NCBI RefSeq assembly: GCF_009914755.1
Contig: NC_060929.1
Origin: the human T2T-CHM13v2.0 reference genome, Homo sapiens
DNA: 64,000 nucleotides
Direction: 5' to 3' (one strand)
The notes under the pieces are model-generated. The model saw only the letters and a list, made by a program, of their open reading frames with translations, did no database searches and was not told where the DNA came from. A program made the translations under genes and the position numbers. Positions 46,301-60,652 of the stretch are shown here, one piece after another. Each line of letters begins with the position of its first letter. Within the stretch, counting starts at the first letter, position 1.

Positions 46301-47607
46301 AGGTGAGAGGGAGGCAGGCAGACAGACATCTGTAGGGGTCACATTCACCCCAGACAGTTCATTGCTGGAAGGAAGCCACATGCCTCACGTCGAAGCTCAT
46401 CTGATTGGAGTCAGACACAGCCAGATACAGTCATGATTGTGTCCAGAGGCCCACGGGGGCTGGCGGGGCCCTTCACGACAGCTGCTACGGCACAGCCCAT
46501 CTGGAAGGGCTCTTTTTGTTCAACGCTTTAACCCTCTGAGGACCCTCGGGACCAAGGGATGCCACACCCTGGGTGAGAGAGATACTCAAGGAGGAGGGTC
46601 CCTCTACAGAGGATGAGTTAGGACACCCGGGACGGGCCCACATTTTCCTCCCCACTCTGCTTCCCAGGTAGATTGAGGGTAGGAGGAGGCCCACATTCCA
46701 CAGAGGAGAGACTGTGAGCCTCTTGAGTTTTAAGAATCTGTGAAGGAACACCCCCAAACACCTACCATGCACCCCCAAGCAAGTAAAGGGGCTCCCTGAG
46801 TTCCAGCAGCTTGAGTAAAGGCCCAGAAAGTGACCCTGTGAGGCTCATGGAGAAGGGAATGTTGAGGGCCCAGCCTGCACTGGGTGGGCAGCGCCCTGCC
46901 CCAACTTCCCGCAGGTTCCCAGGAAATGAACAAAAGGCTCCCTCAGCTCACTCGTTGGCAGATGTCTCTGACCTGAGGCCATTCATGAACTCTCACTCAG
47001 GCACTCAGCCCCCCAGACAGCCTGGAGGTGTTGGCAGCACACCAGAGAGACTTTCAGCCAAAGACAGGTCTGGTTTCCCTGAAGAAAAAGAAACCTGAAC
47101 TGGCTGCCTTCCCAGAGCGTCTGCTTGGGGGACCCACCCAAGTAAACAAAGCTGTTAAATGGGGGCATGTGGGCCAAAGCCCGCTGCACTAGAAGCTCCC
47201 GCTGCAGCAGTGCTGCCCTGCCCCAGGCACCACTCTAGCAAGAGAGAGCCTCTCACCACCTTGGGGCCTGACCCTGCTGCTGACCAGCCTCTGCTACCCA
47301 CAACCTGGACCCTCTCTCCACCTGGAGCCCCTCTCCTTCCTGCCTCCCTCTGATTCATGCCCGGTGGGCAGGAGTCCTACTTCCTCTCCTCTTCCCTGAA
47401 CACAGTAACAGTGGGTGTGCTCCTGAGGGTGATGTGAGGGCAACAAGACTGACTGACCTTCCTCGTCCACCTAGGGAGCTCATACAGACCCATCACATCC
47501 ACCCCCTGCCACCTCTGCAAGCTTGGACAGGAGGTGAGCTCCTCCGAGCTGCAGCTTCCTCATCTGTAAACTGGGAATAACAGGATCTCTATCAAAGATG
47601 ATGGTGA

Positions 47608-47858
47608 CTATTCAGAACAGACAAAGCCACAGAGACAGAAACAGATGAATGGTTTCCAGGGCTGGGGCCGGAGGAATGTGGAGTACCTGCTTCATGGTTA
47701 CAGGGTTTCTGGTTTGGGGTGATGAAAATGTTCTCACACAAGATCATGGTGATGGTTGCACAACCTCATGAATGGACTTAATGCCACTGAATTGTACACT
47801 TTAATATGATTTCAATGGTAAATTTTATGTTATGTGTATTTTGCCACAACAAAAAAAA
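47608..47858 (+). mobile_element. L1MB/ME-type 3' end
   Basis: ttggggtgatgaaaatgttct...gatggttgcacaac...gaattgtacacttta...tatgttatgtgtattttgccacaa. Confidence 0.8.
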
Positions 47859-48311
47859 GTTCCTATGAGATTAAATGAAATGAAGGTTGTAGAAATGATT
47901 GCACCACCTGGTACATTATAGATCCTCAACAGATTTTAATGTCCTTGCTTCCCTGAGATCATCACATTGAAATGTAGACAACATACCCTGCTCTACCCCA
48001 CATGCCTCCCCAGGGTGGACTATTTTTCTATTTAGATACTTGCTCCAACATGCTAATAGGATGAATCCATGTTTTTCATAAAGTAAAGCATTTGATTCAC
48101 CAGTAGGAGAGAGAGTATCCAATGCTGCCACCCCTGTTCCCTCTTCTGGACTTACCTGTTTCACTGGCCTGGTCTAGGGTAACCAACACCAGGATTGAGT
48201 CCTACCAGAGGAAGGTAAAAGGCTCTCTGGGTACCCAGGCTAGGGACTTCTCTCAGTATCTGTTTCTCACTGTTTCCAAAACACTGTCATCCTAAAAAAT
48301 AAAGCCTCTCA

Positions 48312-48610
48312 TTGTTGGGAAGCATTTTTCCAAGAGTCTTTTATGTTTCTGCACGTCTTCTGAGCAGAGACACTGCTTTGGTTACAATCTTTTCAAGAAT
48401 GTTTGCAAAGCAAATAGCCTCAGAAGATATAGTGTCTCCCTTCAATGTAAAGAGCAGGTAGGCTTACTCTCCATTATGAAATATCTGGGTTCCCTAGGCT
48501 TAGGGCTCCTCTCCCATAACGCAACCCACAGCAGGTACAGATGACACCTGGCCCTCTTTGTGCCAACCCATGGGAATAAGGGTTTGGGGAACTGGAACAA
48601 AAAATGCATT
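48312..48610 (+). mobile_element. LTR fragment (ERVL, MER68/MER77-like)
   Basis: tgttgggaagc...atgtttctgcacgtcttctgagcagagacactg resembles recalled LTR starts; family uncertain. Confidence 0.45.
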
Positions 48611-48750
48611 GAACATAGCAAGGCTCAACTAGTATTTATAATCATTATTAATTGCCTTTCTTCTCTACTATGCTTTAAGCTCCTTAAGGGTAACCAGTAT
48701 GTTTTTATTTATCTTTGTATTTCACAGAATGGATACTGATAAATATTTGC

Positions 48751-50390
48751 TGGCTGGATGGATGGATGGATGGGTGGATGGATGGGTGGGTGAATGGATG
48801 AATGGATGGATGGATGGATGGATGGATGGATGGATGGATGGATGGATGCATGGATGGATGGATGGATGGATGCATGGATGGATGGATGGATGCATGCATG
48901 CATGCATGGAGGAATGGGTGGGTGGATGGATGGGTGGGTGGATGGATAGGTGGATGGGTGAGTGGGTGGGTGGGTGGATGGATGGATGGATGGATGGATG
49001 GATGGATGGATGCATGAGTGGATGGATGGATGGATGGATGGATGGATGGATGGATGGATGGATACATGGAGGAATGGGTGGGTGGATGGATGGGTGGGTG
49101 GATGGGTGGATGGATGGATGGGTGGATGGATAGGTGGATGGGTGAGTGGATGGGTGGGTGGATGGGTGGATGGATAGGTGGATGGGTGAGTGGGTGGGTG
49201 GGTGGATGGATGGATGGATGGACGGGTGGGTGAATGGATGGATGGATGGATGGATGGATGGATGGATGGATGCATGAGTGGATGGATGGATGGATGGATG
49301 GATGGATGGATGGATGGATGGATAGATGAATGGATGGATTGGTGGATGGATGGATGGATGGATTGTTGGATGGATGAATGGATGGATGGGTGGATGCATG
49401 GATGAGTGGATGGATAGATGAATGGGTGGATGGATGGAAAGATGAGTGGGTGGGTGGGTGGATGGATGGATGGATGGACAGACAGGTGGATAGGTGGATG
49501 GATGAGTGGGTAGATGGAATGATGGATGGATGGATGGATGGATGGATGGATGGATGGATGAATGGATGGATGGATGGATGGATGCATGGATGCATGGATG
49601 GATGGATGGATGGATGCATGGATGGATGGATGGATGCATGCATGCATGCATGGAGGAATGGGTGGGTGGATGGATGGGTGGGTGGATGGATAGGTGGATG
49701 GGTGAGTGGGTGGGTGGGTGGATGGATGGATGGATGGATAGATGGATGGATGCATGAGTGGATGGATGGATGGATGGATGGATGGATGGATGGATGGATG
49801 GATGGATATATGGAGGAATGGGTGGGTGGATGGATGGGTGGGTGGATGGGTGGATGGATGGATGGGTGGATGGATAGGTGGATGGGTGAGTGGATGGGTG
49901 GGTGGATGGATGGATGGGTGGATGGATAGATGGATGGGTGAGTGGGTGGGTGGGTGGATGGATGGATGGATGGACGGGTGGGTGAATGGATGGATGGATG
50001 GATGGATGGATGGATGGATGCATGAGTGGATGGATGGATGGATGGATGGATGGATGGATGGATGGATGGGCGGATGGAAGGATGGATGGATGGATGGATG
50101 GATGGATGGATGGATAGATGAATGGATGGATTGGTGGATGGATGGATGGATGGATTGTTGGATGGATGAATGGATGGATGGGTGGATGCATGGATGAGTG
50201 GATGGATAGATGAATGGATGAATGGGTGGATGGATGGAAAGATGGGTGGGTGGGTGCGTGGGTGGGTGGATGAATGGATAGATGGATGGATGGATGGATG
50301 GACAGACAGGTGGATATGTGGATGGATGAGTGGGTAGATGGAATGATGGATGGATGGATGGATGGATGGATGGATGGATGGATGGATGGA
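48751..50390. repeat. Compound (TGGA)n/(TGGG)n/(TGCA)n array with higher-order structure
   Basis: About 1640 bp of tetranucleotide variants; marker motifs recur at 160-bp and 744-824-bp spacing. Confidence 0.98.
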
Positions 50391-51769
50391 GAGATGTTTC
50401 TCTTGTGTCATCCTGGCAGTTTTATCTGACACTTCCCCTCTCATTCTTACAGCTTTTCTAGCTCCTGACACCATACCCAGTATTTTAACCACTTACCTTG
50501 CCAGCTATTTTCCTGGCTCAAACCATGTGATGTAGATAATAAGAGTCAAGTACTCTGCATGGGGCCTTGGATTTGGATGTTGGGGAGCATCCTGGATCCT
50601 TGCCTAGGTCTGGACATCTCTCCTGTCCTGCCCTCCCAGCTTTGTCCTAGCATCGGCTCCACTCCCAACTTCAGGACCTCATGGTGATGTGCAGTTCTAA
50701 TATACCTAACAAGATATCAGTCCAGGCTACCAAACCACATGTTGGTCACCCCTGAACCAGCTAAACAAGATGTTTGCTTCTCACATTTGCTCCTGTTAGG
50801 CTAAAAGGGGTCATAGTGCTGGGCACATAGCAGGTACTTGGTTAATATTTATTTCATGAATGGATGAATAAGCCTTAAATTCATCGCCTCCTTCTTACAT
50901 TATTAAAGTCAGCCTCCTGGGCAATAAGACCTAAAAATACAACCAAAAGGAGGGAAACTGGAGATATCGCCACAGACATTCCTTTTGGTTCGGCAAATCT
51001 CCAGAACGGTGCAGTGATGGCATTGGATGTGCCAGCCAGTCTTCCCTGTGGTAAGAACCCCCGCCTTTGTGCACAGCTTCCTCACAGATCATATACGATG
51101 TATAAGGTGATTACAAAGGTATACCTGCTCTATATGCACTTGCAATTGCAAAACAGCTACTCCCCTTTTCCACAGCCACACAGGAAGTTTGGCCAATTGG
51201 CATCTTGCCAAGAAAAGCCTGGCAGTGAATAGCTATTTAATGTAAAGGCTCTGGGGCCCATTTTTCAGATGGCTGAGAGAACGGAATGTCCAGCAGGCAA
51301 ATTGAAGTGCCGAATCTGTGGTGCTGGGGTCCCGGATTCATCAGCAATAGGGACACTGGGTATATTTAACTGGGTATGATCCACCAGTGGATGCCTAGTA
51401 TTCACTGATGTATTTGTTTGCTTGTTTATACCTCCTTTCACTCCAGAAGAGATTTGTGTAATTCGATAAGTTCACATAAAGTGGAACGAAACAGGATTGG
51501 TTATAAAACACAAAACTGCATATCATGTGTTCTCTTGACTAAGTTCAAGAGAGTACAGAGCTGTTGCCAGGCCAGGCAGAAGGCCTAGGTGTGGCTGCTG
51601 TGTTCCAGGACCTGCCCTCCAGCATGCCAAGCCCAGGGACGTGATTTTGCCAGTGCTCTGAGAGTTATCCAGCCTTAGAGAGAACCAGCTCATACAACCC
51701 AAGTCACAAGAGGCTCTTATACAAACCACAATTAACTCCACTTGACAAATGTATTCTAAGAATTAGATC

Positions 51770-51916
51770 ACAAGAAGGACAAGAACAGCAACAAGAAGAG
51801 GAAAAAGAACAAGAAGTGGGGGAAGGAAGAAGAATAAAAGAAAAAGGAAGGAAGGAGGGAAGGGGAGAAGGAAGGAAGGAAGCAAGGAAGAAAGGAGAGA
51901 GAGAAGGAAGGAAGGT
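51770..51916. repeat. GA-rich low-complexity polypurine tract
   Basis: aagaaggaca...(GGAA)n. Confidence 0.85.
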
Positions 51917-52964
51917 AGGTTATGCAACACAGTCAGTGCTGGTAACCCCAAAAACAAATTGAAAAGGGAAGCCATATTATAAAAAGAACATCACTTCTTG
52001 AGCTGAAATAAAGGGTAAGGAAAAGGAGGTTGGTGGCGGGTAGAGGGCCTGTCACCCGGACCTGTGCTGAGGTCTCATGAACTACCCTTTCTCCATCAGT
52101 GACAACTTTTCCAATGTCCTAAAACATTTCTGGCAGATTCCAGCCTCTCTCCCTTGGAAGGCCCTGGAAAAACACTACCGAATTCTTGTTCTGTGAGTTT
52201 CCTATCTCAAGACTCCAAGCTGACCATCCCCACTGGCAAACTCTCCTATTCTCCAGAGACCATGCAATTCTACCGAAGACGTGTCAGCCTTAGTTACAAC
52301 TTCTTTCCTCCACCAGGACATTACCCAGCCACCTCGATTAGCGTTTGGGGCATGCCAGAAACTCTTTTGCCATGCTCTTGGGTCATGTCCATAGACGATT
52401 TCTTTCCTTCACTGTGTGTGAATTTTATTCTGTAACTTTTAAAGGGTTACATTAGTTCTAAATGACTGAGGTTGGGAAGGGACGACCCTTCTCTCGGGTA
52501 TGAGCAAATTATTAATAGTTCAATCAGTAAAGATATGGTTTAAAGAGCAGGGACAAGCCCTGGCTTCAAGCAGGTGTTTTCCATGGTCTAATTACACATT
52601 AACCATAATGGTTACCAACACCAAAACAGCCCATTGAAAATCAAAGGTGCTTAATGGCCTGGGCTCCAGTAGAAGTCGGTGGCTGGCTATTGTTTTTCAC
52701 TTATCTGACCTTTCAGTCCAGTCAAAGAAGGAACTGGCAGCAGGCAAATATACACTGCTGGTGACTCATCATCAGAAGTGTTGCTATTTGGATTCCATTT
52801 CTCACACTATTCTAGAAATGCAGGCATTTGAATTCCCGAGGCACATGCATATTTTGACCAACTATTTTAACAAGTTCCAAGCAGAGCATCGTAGCAAAAA
52901 CAAGTGTAAGCAATTGCTCTCTGGGCGGAGAAAATGCATACGGGCCATTTTCCTTATGGTAGGA

Positions 52965-53137
52965 GTATAGTTGTCACATTAAATACCAGCATGTCCAGTT
53001 AAATTTAAGTTTCAGATAAACACCAAATGATACAATATTTAGGACATACTCATACTAGCAAAGCATTCATTGTTTATCTTAAGTTCAAATTTAACTAGAC
53101 CTCCTGGGTTTTTATTGCTAAATATAGCAGCTCTAGA
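52965..53137. mobile_element. MER53-like palindromic hAT MITE
   Basis: ccagttaaatttaagtttcagataaaca ... tgtttatcttaagttcaaatttaactag inverted arms. Confidence 0.75.
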
Positions 53138-54060
53138 TAGGAGTGAAAGAGAAAATTTTGAATTCATCCTTCCTAGTGAGTTACATGTAAAATACATACC
53201 TGCAGAGATGCCACGATGACCTAGCAACAGATTCACCCTGAGGCAGCAGCCGAGAGCCAGAGCAGGGAATCCTGGCTGTGAGGTGTAGAAGTCTTCCTCC
53301 TTGTTTTGTAAACTTCTCTGGCATGGAAGAAAGAAGGAGGGCTGCATTATTTAGTATAGTACCCTCTACTGAAACCTCTGTTAAGATGCTCAGAGGAGAA
53401 AGGCCACTTTTGGAGTCACAGGGGCTCCCTGAATGGAACAGGCAGCAATGAAAGAAGGGAGGTGTTTTCTCCACTCCTCTCACTGTCCTGTTATCTCTTC
53501 CCAGGATATGAAGGCCAATCTTGCAGAAACTGAGAAAACATGGCTGGCAAATCAATAACCTCTGGTCTGGGGATCAAGATAATTCAAGAAGAAGAAGAGA
53601 GTGTGTGTGTTTTCCTCCATAAGTTTCCTAAGCAATTGTATCAGTCTATCCCCACTTATAGGTACTTTGCAGTGGTGTCCTTTCATAATCAGAGAGTCAC
53701 AGCCCCACGTGTGCCTTCGGGAGTTCTAACGCTGCTGTTGGCCACAAGTGGGACCCGGAGCAATTCGTGTACATTTTCAGGATCTCAATTTTCCCATCTT
53801 TAAAATAAAAGAAGGTCCTTGATCATTAGAAAAGGGGGAAAGGAGGAGGATTATTAGTCTCAGAACTCAATGGAAAAATAAAACTTAATGAAAAGATGGT
53901 ATAAGAACCTTTCTGCTCTAAACTTCCATGAGTTTATGTCCACGTTTATATATTGGCTTGAGCATGATCTACTGTTAATGATTATGTGCCACCCTTAATG
54001 GGACAAGATGTACTTTCGGCACTGCCCTTCCAACCAGCTGTAGGGACTGAAGTTTGTTGA

Positions 54061-54349
<289 letters not shown>

Positions 54350-55989
54350 ACATACACTTTCCTACTGGCCTGCAGAGTTGATTAGCAAGGTGGGCAGTAC
54401 AGTTGGTCTGCAGCCTCATCATAAAGGTTTCTCCACCTAAATCTCACAGCGTCTCCAGGCACTGACCACATGACCTCCCCACTGGAACTCTTGTCTAGCA
54501 GATGAGCCCTGTTCCCATGCTATATTTGCCAAGTGAGCAGCTCCCCAGTTAAATCCTCTATTGGCTCTCCATTGTCTATGTGAAAAAGACCAAACTTGTT
54601 GGCTTCTCCTAATGGGTCACAGGCCCACTCTTGACACTCCTCTTTCCGTCACCTACCGTGATGTCTTCCTAAGACTCCTTCTCCCCCTCACAATCTCTGG
54701 TCTTTGCACAGACTGTTCCCTCCACTGAGAAGGGCCCGGCTGCTCATCATCAAGAACCCAGGTGTTGCCTCCCTGCTGAGTCTGCTCAGAGTCCCAGGTA
54801 GTCACGCCCTCCCGCCTCTTTTCTGCCACCTCCTCAGGCCCCTTTCTCTATAATGGCACTTCCTGCCTTACATCGTGGGTTGCTTGTTTACAACTTTCTC
54901 TCCTCCAGTTGTCTGTGAACCCCTCCCTCCAGGGGAGTCTTATATACCATGTCTTATACCTCTTTGAGTCTCCACGACCTACCACAAGGCTTAGCCCAGA
55001 GCAGGTGCTAGCAAATGTTGACTGAACTAATGAGTGAAGAAGCCACATATAATTCAAATAATATTTCCCCAGCCTGTAAATTATGGTTGAACAAGGCAGT
55101 TCATAATCTCTGAAGATTCTACACACACCACGATCTCACGAAGGGCCAACTCGCTGTGGAGTGCAAGTGCAGGACAATGTCAACACGATCTCAGGAGGCA
55201 AGTCACGGGCAGGGCCTCTGCTTCATTCTGATCTCAGTCCCTGAGTCCCACCTGCGAAGACCTGGCTCCAGGTCTTTCTGTCAGGGCCCATGGTGCCGGG
55301 GTCATCCTGGTGGAGGCTGGGGAGAGCAGCTAGAGCTCAGCTTGAGCCTCTAGGTGGGAATTGCTGCTGACCAAAACCAGAGATGGGAGGGAGCTGGCAC
55401 TCTGTGTTCAGGTGGCTGTCCCTGCCCTGTGGCCATTTGCCAGCTCCCAGATCTATCATGTTCCCACAAATCAGAGATATTTTCTCATGAGTCGTCTGGT
55501 AAAACGAGTTAATTGCCTTGCCTGACAGCTGGTCTGGCAGGGGCCCCTGTGGGGTTGGGGGACATGACCCAAATGGTCATATGGGGCAGGAGCCAGCTGA
55601 GGTGGAGGGAGATTTACTGCAGATGGCACTGTCGGTGACGTCAGGGACAACAGCCCAGAGAACCACACTCAACAGGGGTCGATTTACACTCCTGAGAGTC
55701 AGACAACCTCCAACTTCACACACGTGCGCACGCGCACACACACACACACCAGCAGAGCAACCCTCTCCCTTACAAGGGCTTTGGGGCTCTGGCTTCAGGG
55801 ACCCTTCAGAGGTTTGTCACTGGTTCCCATCTGCCCTTCCTTGGTGGTCCCTTCAGGATAAAGGGCCCTGACGGCTTCACCTCCTGGCCCATCTTCTTGG
55901 GCTCAGGGACTCTTTGCAGGGAAGGTAACCACAGACAAACACGAGGCAGAGCCTACCTACAGAGACCCCTACCACTCCCCAGGCTCAAC

Positions 55990-56500
55990 ATAACCTTCTC
56001 CAGGCATCGCCCTCTCCCACCTCTTGACCTGTCTAATTTGTATCTAATGACAAAGATTATTTGCTTGATCAAACCTTCACCAGGCTCCTGGACCTTCTCC
56101 TAGGTCCATCTGTGCATTTTCTTGTAAAGCCCAGTTTTAGCAAGAACTCCCACCCCACCCTTGATATCTGAACACCCTTGATATCTGCTCAGCTTCTGCA
56201 CCCTCTGCCCTCCCCTAGGTGAGGTCTGATCGCCCTGGTCTGCCTTCAGCAAAAATCTTTTAGGTGGGTTTAGCCAGAATCCTCTCACTCCTGATAGTTC
56301 CTCTTAGTCTTTTTCTATCCACTGACCCCACCTGCTCCCTGGCCGTAAACTCTTACTTTCCCATGATGTATTCAGAGCTGAGCCCAATCTCTCTCCCCAA
56401 CTGCAAAACCCCATTGCCGTAGTTCCTCTACCAAAGAAAGTCTTACTTACTGTGCTCTATTAAGTGTCATCGATTAATTTTTTTTTTTTTTTTACACTGA
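55990..56500 (+). mobile_element. ERV1-class LTR remnant (MER34/MER39-like)
   Basis: tcttgtaaagcccagttttagcaagaac, duplicated cacccttgatatctg, gagctgagcccaatctctctcccc; family from recall. Confidence 0.55.
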
Positions 56501-57417
56501 GACCCTTCTGCCTGGTACAGATGGAGCCTGGTCATTGGCAGTGCTCCTGAGTGCACCTGCACCTTCAGCTCCCTCATCTCACTTCCTCATGGGGCCATCC
56601 CAGACTCCCTCTGGTTCTTTCTCCACACTCTTCTGAGGTGTGCAGTAGAGAAAGAGCAGGGGCCTCAACAAGGACCAGGGGTCCTCGGGTCAGATTTCAC
56701 CTCAGCCAGCAGTGTGAACGTGAGCAATTTATTTGAACTTTGGGACCACTGACTCACCTTACGTGGGGATAATATGACCTAGTAATGAGGCAGCCGGAGC
56801 ACCTGAGCCGCAATCAGCATGAATTCCTTTTCATTTCCTCTAAGCAAGTCACCTGGCTGCTTTTTGTCTTTCTAATTTCCTGACCCAGGGTCTGTGGGAG
56901 ATGAGTAAGGGTGGAATGGGAGGTTTCTTATGCACAAGCCATTTACAGCTATTGAACATCTATAAACAGAGGCATCCCATATTGAAACAATCTGCCCTAG
57001 GAAGCAGAGAGGTACCAGGTGTGGTCTCCAGCTTCCATTTTTCATAACTCTCTCCTCCCCACTTCCTCTCCCTCTCCCCTTTCTCATTCATCCACACCCA
57101 GAGGGTATGAGATACCAAACATTACTCAGGAAGGGGAAGGACAAATTCAAAATGACTCTGTCCATTCAACATCTACCGAGCCCGTGCCCGGCGCTGGGCT
57201 TGACTCTGGTGGTGCAGAGATCATATGAGGGTCCCAAATTTCCTCCCGAATTTCCTGTCTGGTGGCTTTGTATACAGGTGGGATGTATGTGGAGGGGGTG
57301 GGGGAACAGGTACAGACATGCAGGTACATAAACTATTACAATATTACGTGGTAAATATGGTAGTAGAGATGGATCCACAGGCACAAAGGAGGGAGGGGGA
57401 CAGAAGGGCAAGGTCGG

Positions 57418-57830
57418 TTTCATGCGCGTCTGTGTGAAGAGACCACCAAACAGGCTTTGTGTGAGCAACATGGCTGTTTATTTCACCTGGGTGCAGGCGG
57501 GCTGAGTCTGAAAAGAGAGTCAGCGAAGAGAGATAGGGGTGGGGCTGTTTTATAGGATTTGGGTAGGTAATGGAAAATTACAGTCAAAGGGGGGTTGTTC
57601 TCTGACGGGCAGAGTGGGGGTCACAAGGTGCTCAGTAGGGGAGCTTTTGAGCCAGGATGAGCCAGGAGAAGGAATTTCACAAGACAATGTCATCAGTTAA
57701 GGCAGGAACAGGCCATTTTCATTTCTTTTGTGGTGGAATGTCATCAGTTAAGGCAGGAACCGGCCATCTGGATGTGTACGTGCAGGTCACAGGGGATATG
57801 ATGGCTGAGCTTGGGCTCAGAGGCCTGACA
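57418..57830 (-). mobile_element. HERV-H 3' LTR (LTR7 family)
   Basis: Same termini as the 5' LTR; preceded on the minus strand by PPT AAGAAGACAGGAA. Confidence 0.97.
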
Positions 57831-59804
57831 TTCCTGTCTTCTTATATTAATAAGAAAAATGAAATAGTGGTAAAGTGTTGGGACGGCGAAAATTTTGGGG
57901 GATGGTATGGAGAGATAATGGGCGATGTTTCTCAGGGCTGCTTCGAGCGGGATTGGGGCGGCGTGGGAACCTAGAGTGGGAGAGATTAAGCTGAAGGAAG
58001 ATTTTGTGGTAAGGGGTGATATTGTGGGGTTGTTAGAAGAAACATTTGTCATTTAGAATTATTGGTGATGGCCTGGATACAGTTTTGTATGAATTGAAGA
58101 ACTAAACGGAGTAAGAGAAGGAGAAAAACAGGTATTAAAGGACGAAGAATTGGGAGGACCCAGGACATCTGATTAGAGAGTGCCTAAGGAGGTTCAGCAT
58201 AGCCTTGCCAACAAAGATTATTTATTTACTTTAAGAGTTAAGAGTGGCAGTTTGGGGATAGTACCAGGAGATATCAGCTGTGATGGCTTGGAGAAACAGT
58301 GTAAACTGGCAGTGTAAACAAGAGCAGGGCATATATGAGTAGTTGAGAATGGTGAATAGGAGTATGACTAGACAGAAGAGAGTAGGGATGACAAGTTTTT
58401 GGGGACACAGTCTAAGTTGTCTGGTGTCTGGAATGAGACTGGGGCCTAATAAAAAGGAGTGTCTATACAGGAGCTCAAATGGGCTGTATCTTGTTGCATT
58501 CTGAGGACAGGCCTGAATTCTGAGAAGCGAAAGTGGTAAAAGTATTGTCCAGTCCTTTTTAAGTTGGTGGCTGAGCTTGGTGAGGTGTGTTTTTAATAGA
58601 CCATTAGTCTGTCACTGAATACTAAGAGCCTGAAAAAATGCTTGGCTGATTCGACTAATAAAGGCTGGTCTGTTATCAGACTGTATAGAGGTGGGAAGGC
58701 TAAACTGAGGAATTATGTCTGACAGAAGGGAATGACAAGGCTAAACTGAAGAATTATGTCTGACAGAAGGGAAGAAATGACTGCAGTGGCCTTCTCAGAC
58801 CCTGTAGGAAAGGACTCTACTTATCCGGTGAAAGTGTCTACCTAGACTAAGAGGTATTTTAGTTATCTTACTCGGGGCATGTTGAGTAAAGCTAATTTGC
58901 CAGTCCTGGGTTGGGGCAAATCCTTGAGCTTGATGTGTAGGGAAGGGAGGGGGCCTGAATAATCCATGAGGAGTAGTAGAATAGCAGATGGAACACTGAG
59001 AAGTTATTTCTTTGAGGATAGATTTCCACAATGGAAAGGAAATGAGAGGTTCTAAGAGGCGGGCTAGTGGCTTGTACTATAGCATAGCCTGCCTTTGCTG
59101 GTGTGTGGCGATTAGGCCTGGTGGAACTGCCATCAATAAACTAAGTGTGATCAGGGTGAGAAACAGGGAAGAAGGAAATGTGGGGAAATGGGGTGAACGT
59201 CAGGTGGATCAGAGAGATAAGGTCATGAGGGTCAAGTGTGGTATCTGGAATAATGTGGGAGGCCGGATTGAAGTCCGGGGCAAGAACAATGGTAATTGTG
59301 GAGACTTAACAAAGAGTGAGTACAGCTGAAGGAGCCGGGAGCAGAAAGTATGTGCGTCAGGTGGGAGGAAGAAAATAGATTTTGGAAATTATGAGAGCTG
59401 TAGAGAGTGAGTTGAGCATAGTTTGTGATTTTTAGGGCCTCTAAAAGTATTAAAGCAGCGGCAGCCACTGCACACAGACATGAGGGCTAGGCTAAAACAG
59501 TAAGGTCAAGTTGTTTGGACAGAAAGGCTACAGGGTGTGGTCCTGGCTCTTGTGTAAGAATTCTGACCACACTAACCATGCCTAGGAAGGAAAGGAGTTG
59601 CTGTTTTGTAAGGGATTGAGGTTTGGGAGATTAATCGGACACGATCAGCAGGGAGAACACATGTGTTTTTATGAGAATTACGCTGAGATAGGTAACAGAT
59701 GAGGATGAAATTTGGGCTTGACTGAAGTAATGGGGGCTGTCTGTGAAGCCTTGCGGCAGTACAGCCCAGGTAATTTGCTGAGCCTAATGGGTGTCAGGGT
59801 CAGT

Positions 59805-60182
59805 CTAAGTGAAAGCAAAGAGACGCTGGGACGAGGGGTGCAGGGGAATAGTGAAAAAAGCATCTTTAAGATCAAGCACGGCATAGTGAGTTGTGAAGGA
59901 AAGTATTGAGGACAAAAGAGTGTACGGGTTTGGCACCACAGGGTGGATAGGCAAAACAATTTGGTTGATAAGGCACAGATCCTGAACTAATCTATAAGAC
60001 TTATCCAGTTTTTGGACAGGTAAAATGGGGGAATTGTAAGGGGAGTTTATAGGTTTTAGAAGCCCATGTTGTAGCAGGCGAGTGATAACAGGCTTTAATC
60101 CTTTTGAAGCATGCTGTGGGATGGGATATTGGCATTGAGCGGGGTAAGGGTGATTAGGTTTTAATGGGATGGTAACGGGCAT
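59805..60182 (-). pseudogene. pol: HERV-H pol remnant (reverse transcriptase N-terminal part)
   Basis: SPYNSPILPVQK, YRLVQDL, VPNPYTLL, VLDLKDAFFTIPLHPSSQ motifs; stops before any YxDD. Confidence 0.92.
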
Positions 60183-60299
60183 GTGATCATTTGCCAGGGA
60201 AGCAGTAGAGATATCCCATACTTGTGGGTTAAGGTGGGGGAATACGAGAGGAAGACGCGAAGGAGGCTTTGGGTTGGGGAGAAGGGCAGCAATGAGATG

Positions 60300-60600
60300 C
60301 GGCTGCAGTCCAGGAATAGTCAGGGAAGCAGATAATTTGGTTAAAATATCTCAGCCTAATAAGGGAACTGGGCAGGTGGGGATAACTAAAAAAGAGTGCA
60401 TAAAAGAGTGTTGTCCAAGTTGGCACCAGAGTCAGGGAGTTTTCAGGGGTTTAGAAGCCTGGCCGTCAATACCCACAACAGTTATGGAGGCAAGGGAAAC
60501 AGGCCCTTGAAAAGAAGGTAATGTGGAGTGGGTAGCCTCTGTATTGACTAAGGGGACGGACTTACCTTCCACTGTGAGAGTTACCCGAAGCTCGGAGTCC
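60300..60600 (-). pseudogene. pro: HERV-H protease remnant, inactive
   Basis: Hand translation EGKSVPLVNTEATHSTLPSFQGPVSLASITVVGIDGQASKPLKTP*; DTGA motif reads NTEA and is followed by a stop. Confidence 0.8.
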
Positions 60601-60652
60601 GTGATGGTCTACGGAGCTTCCGAGGCGATCGGGCAGCATCAGTCTTCAGCTG

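Noticed and set aside
48705-50492. 595-aa minus-strand ORF (HPSI repeats) and overlapping MDGW/IHPS ORFs
   Set aside because: (TCCA)n/(TGGA)n has no stop codon in any frame, so long ORFs are expected; no other coding evidence
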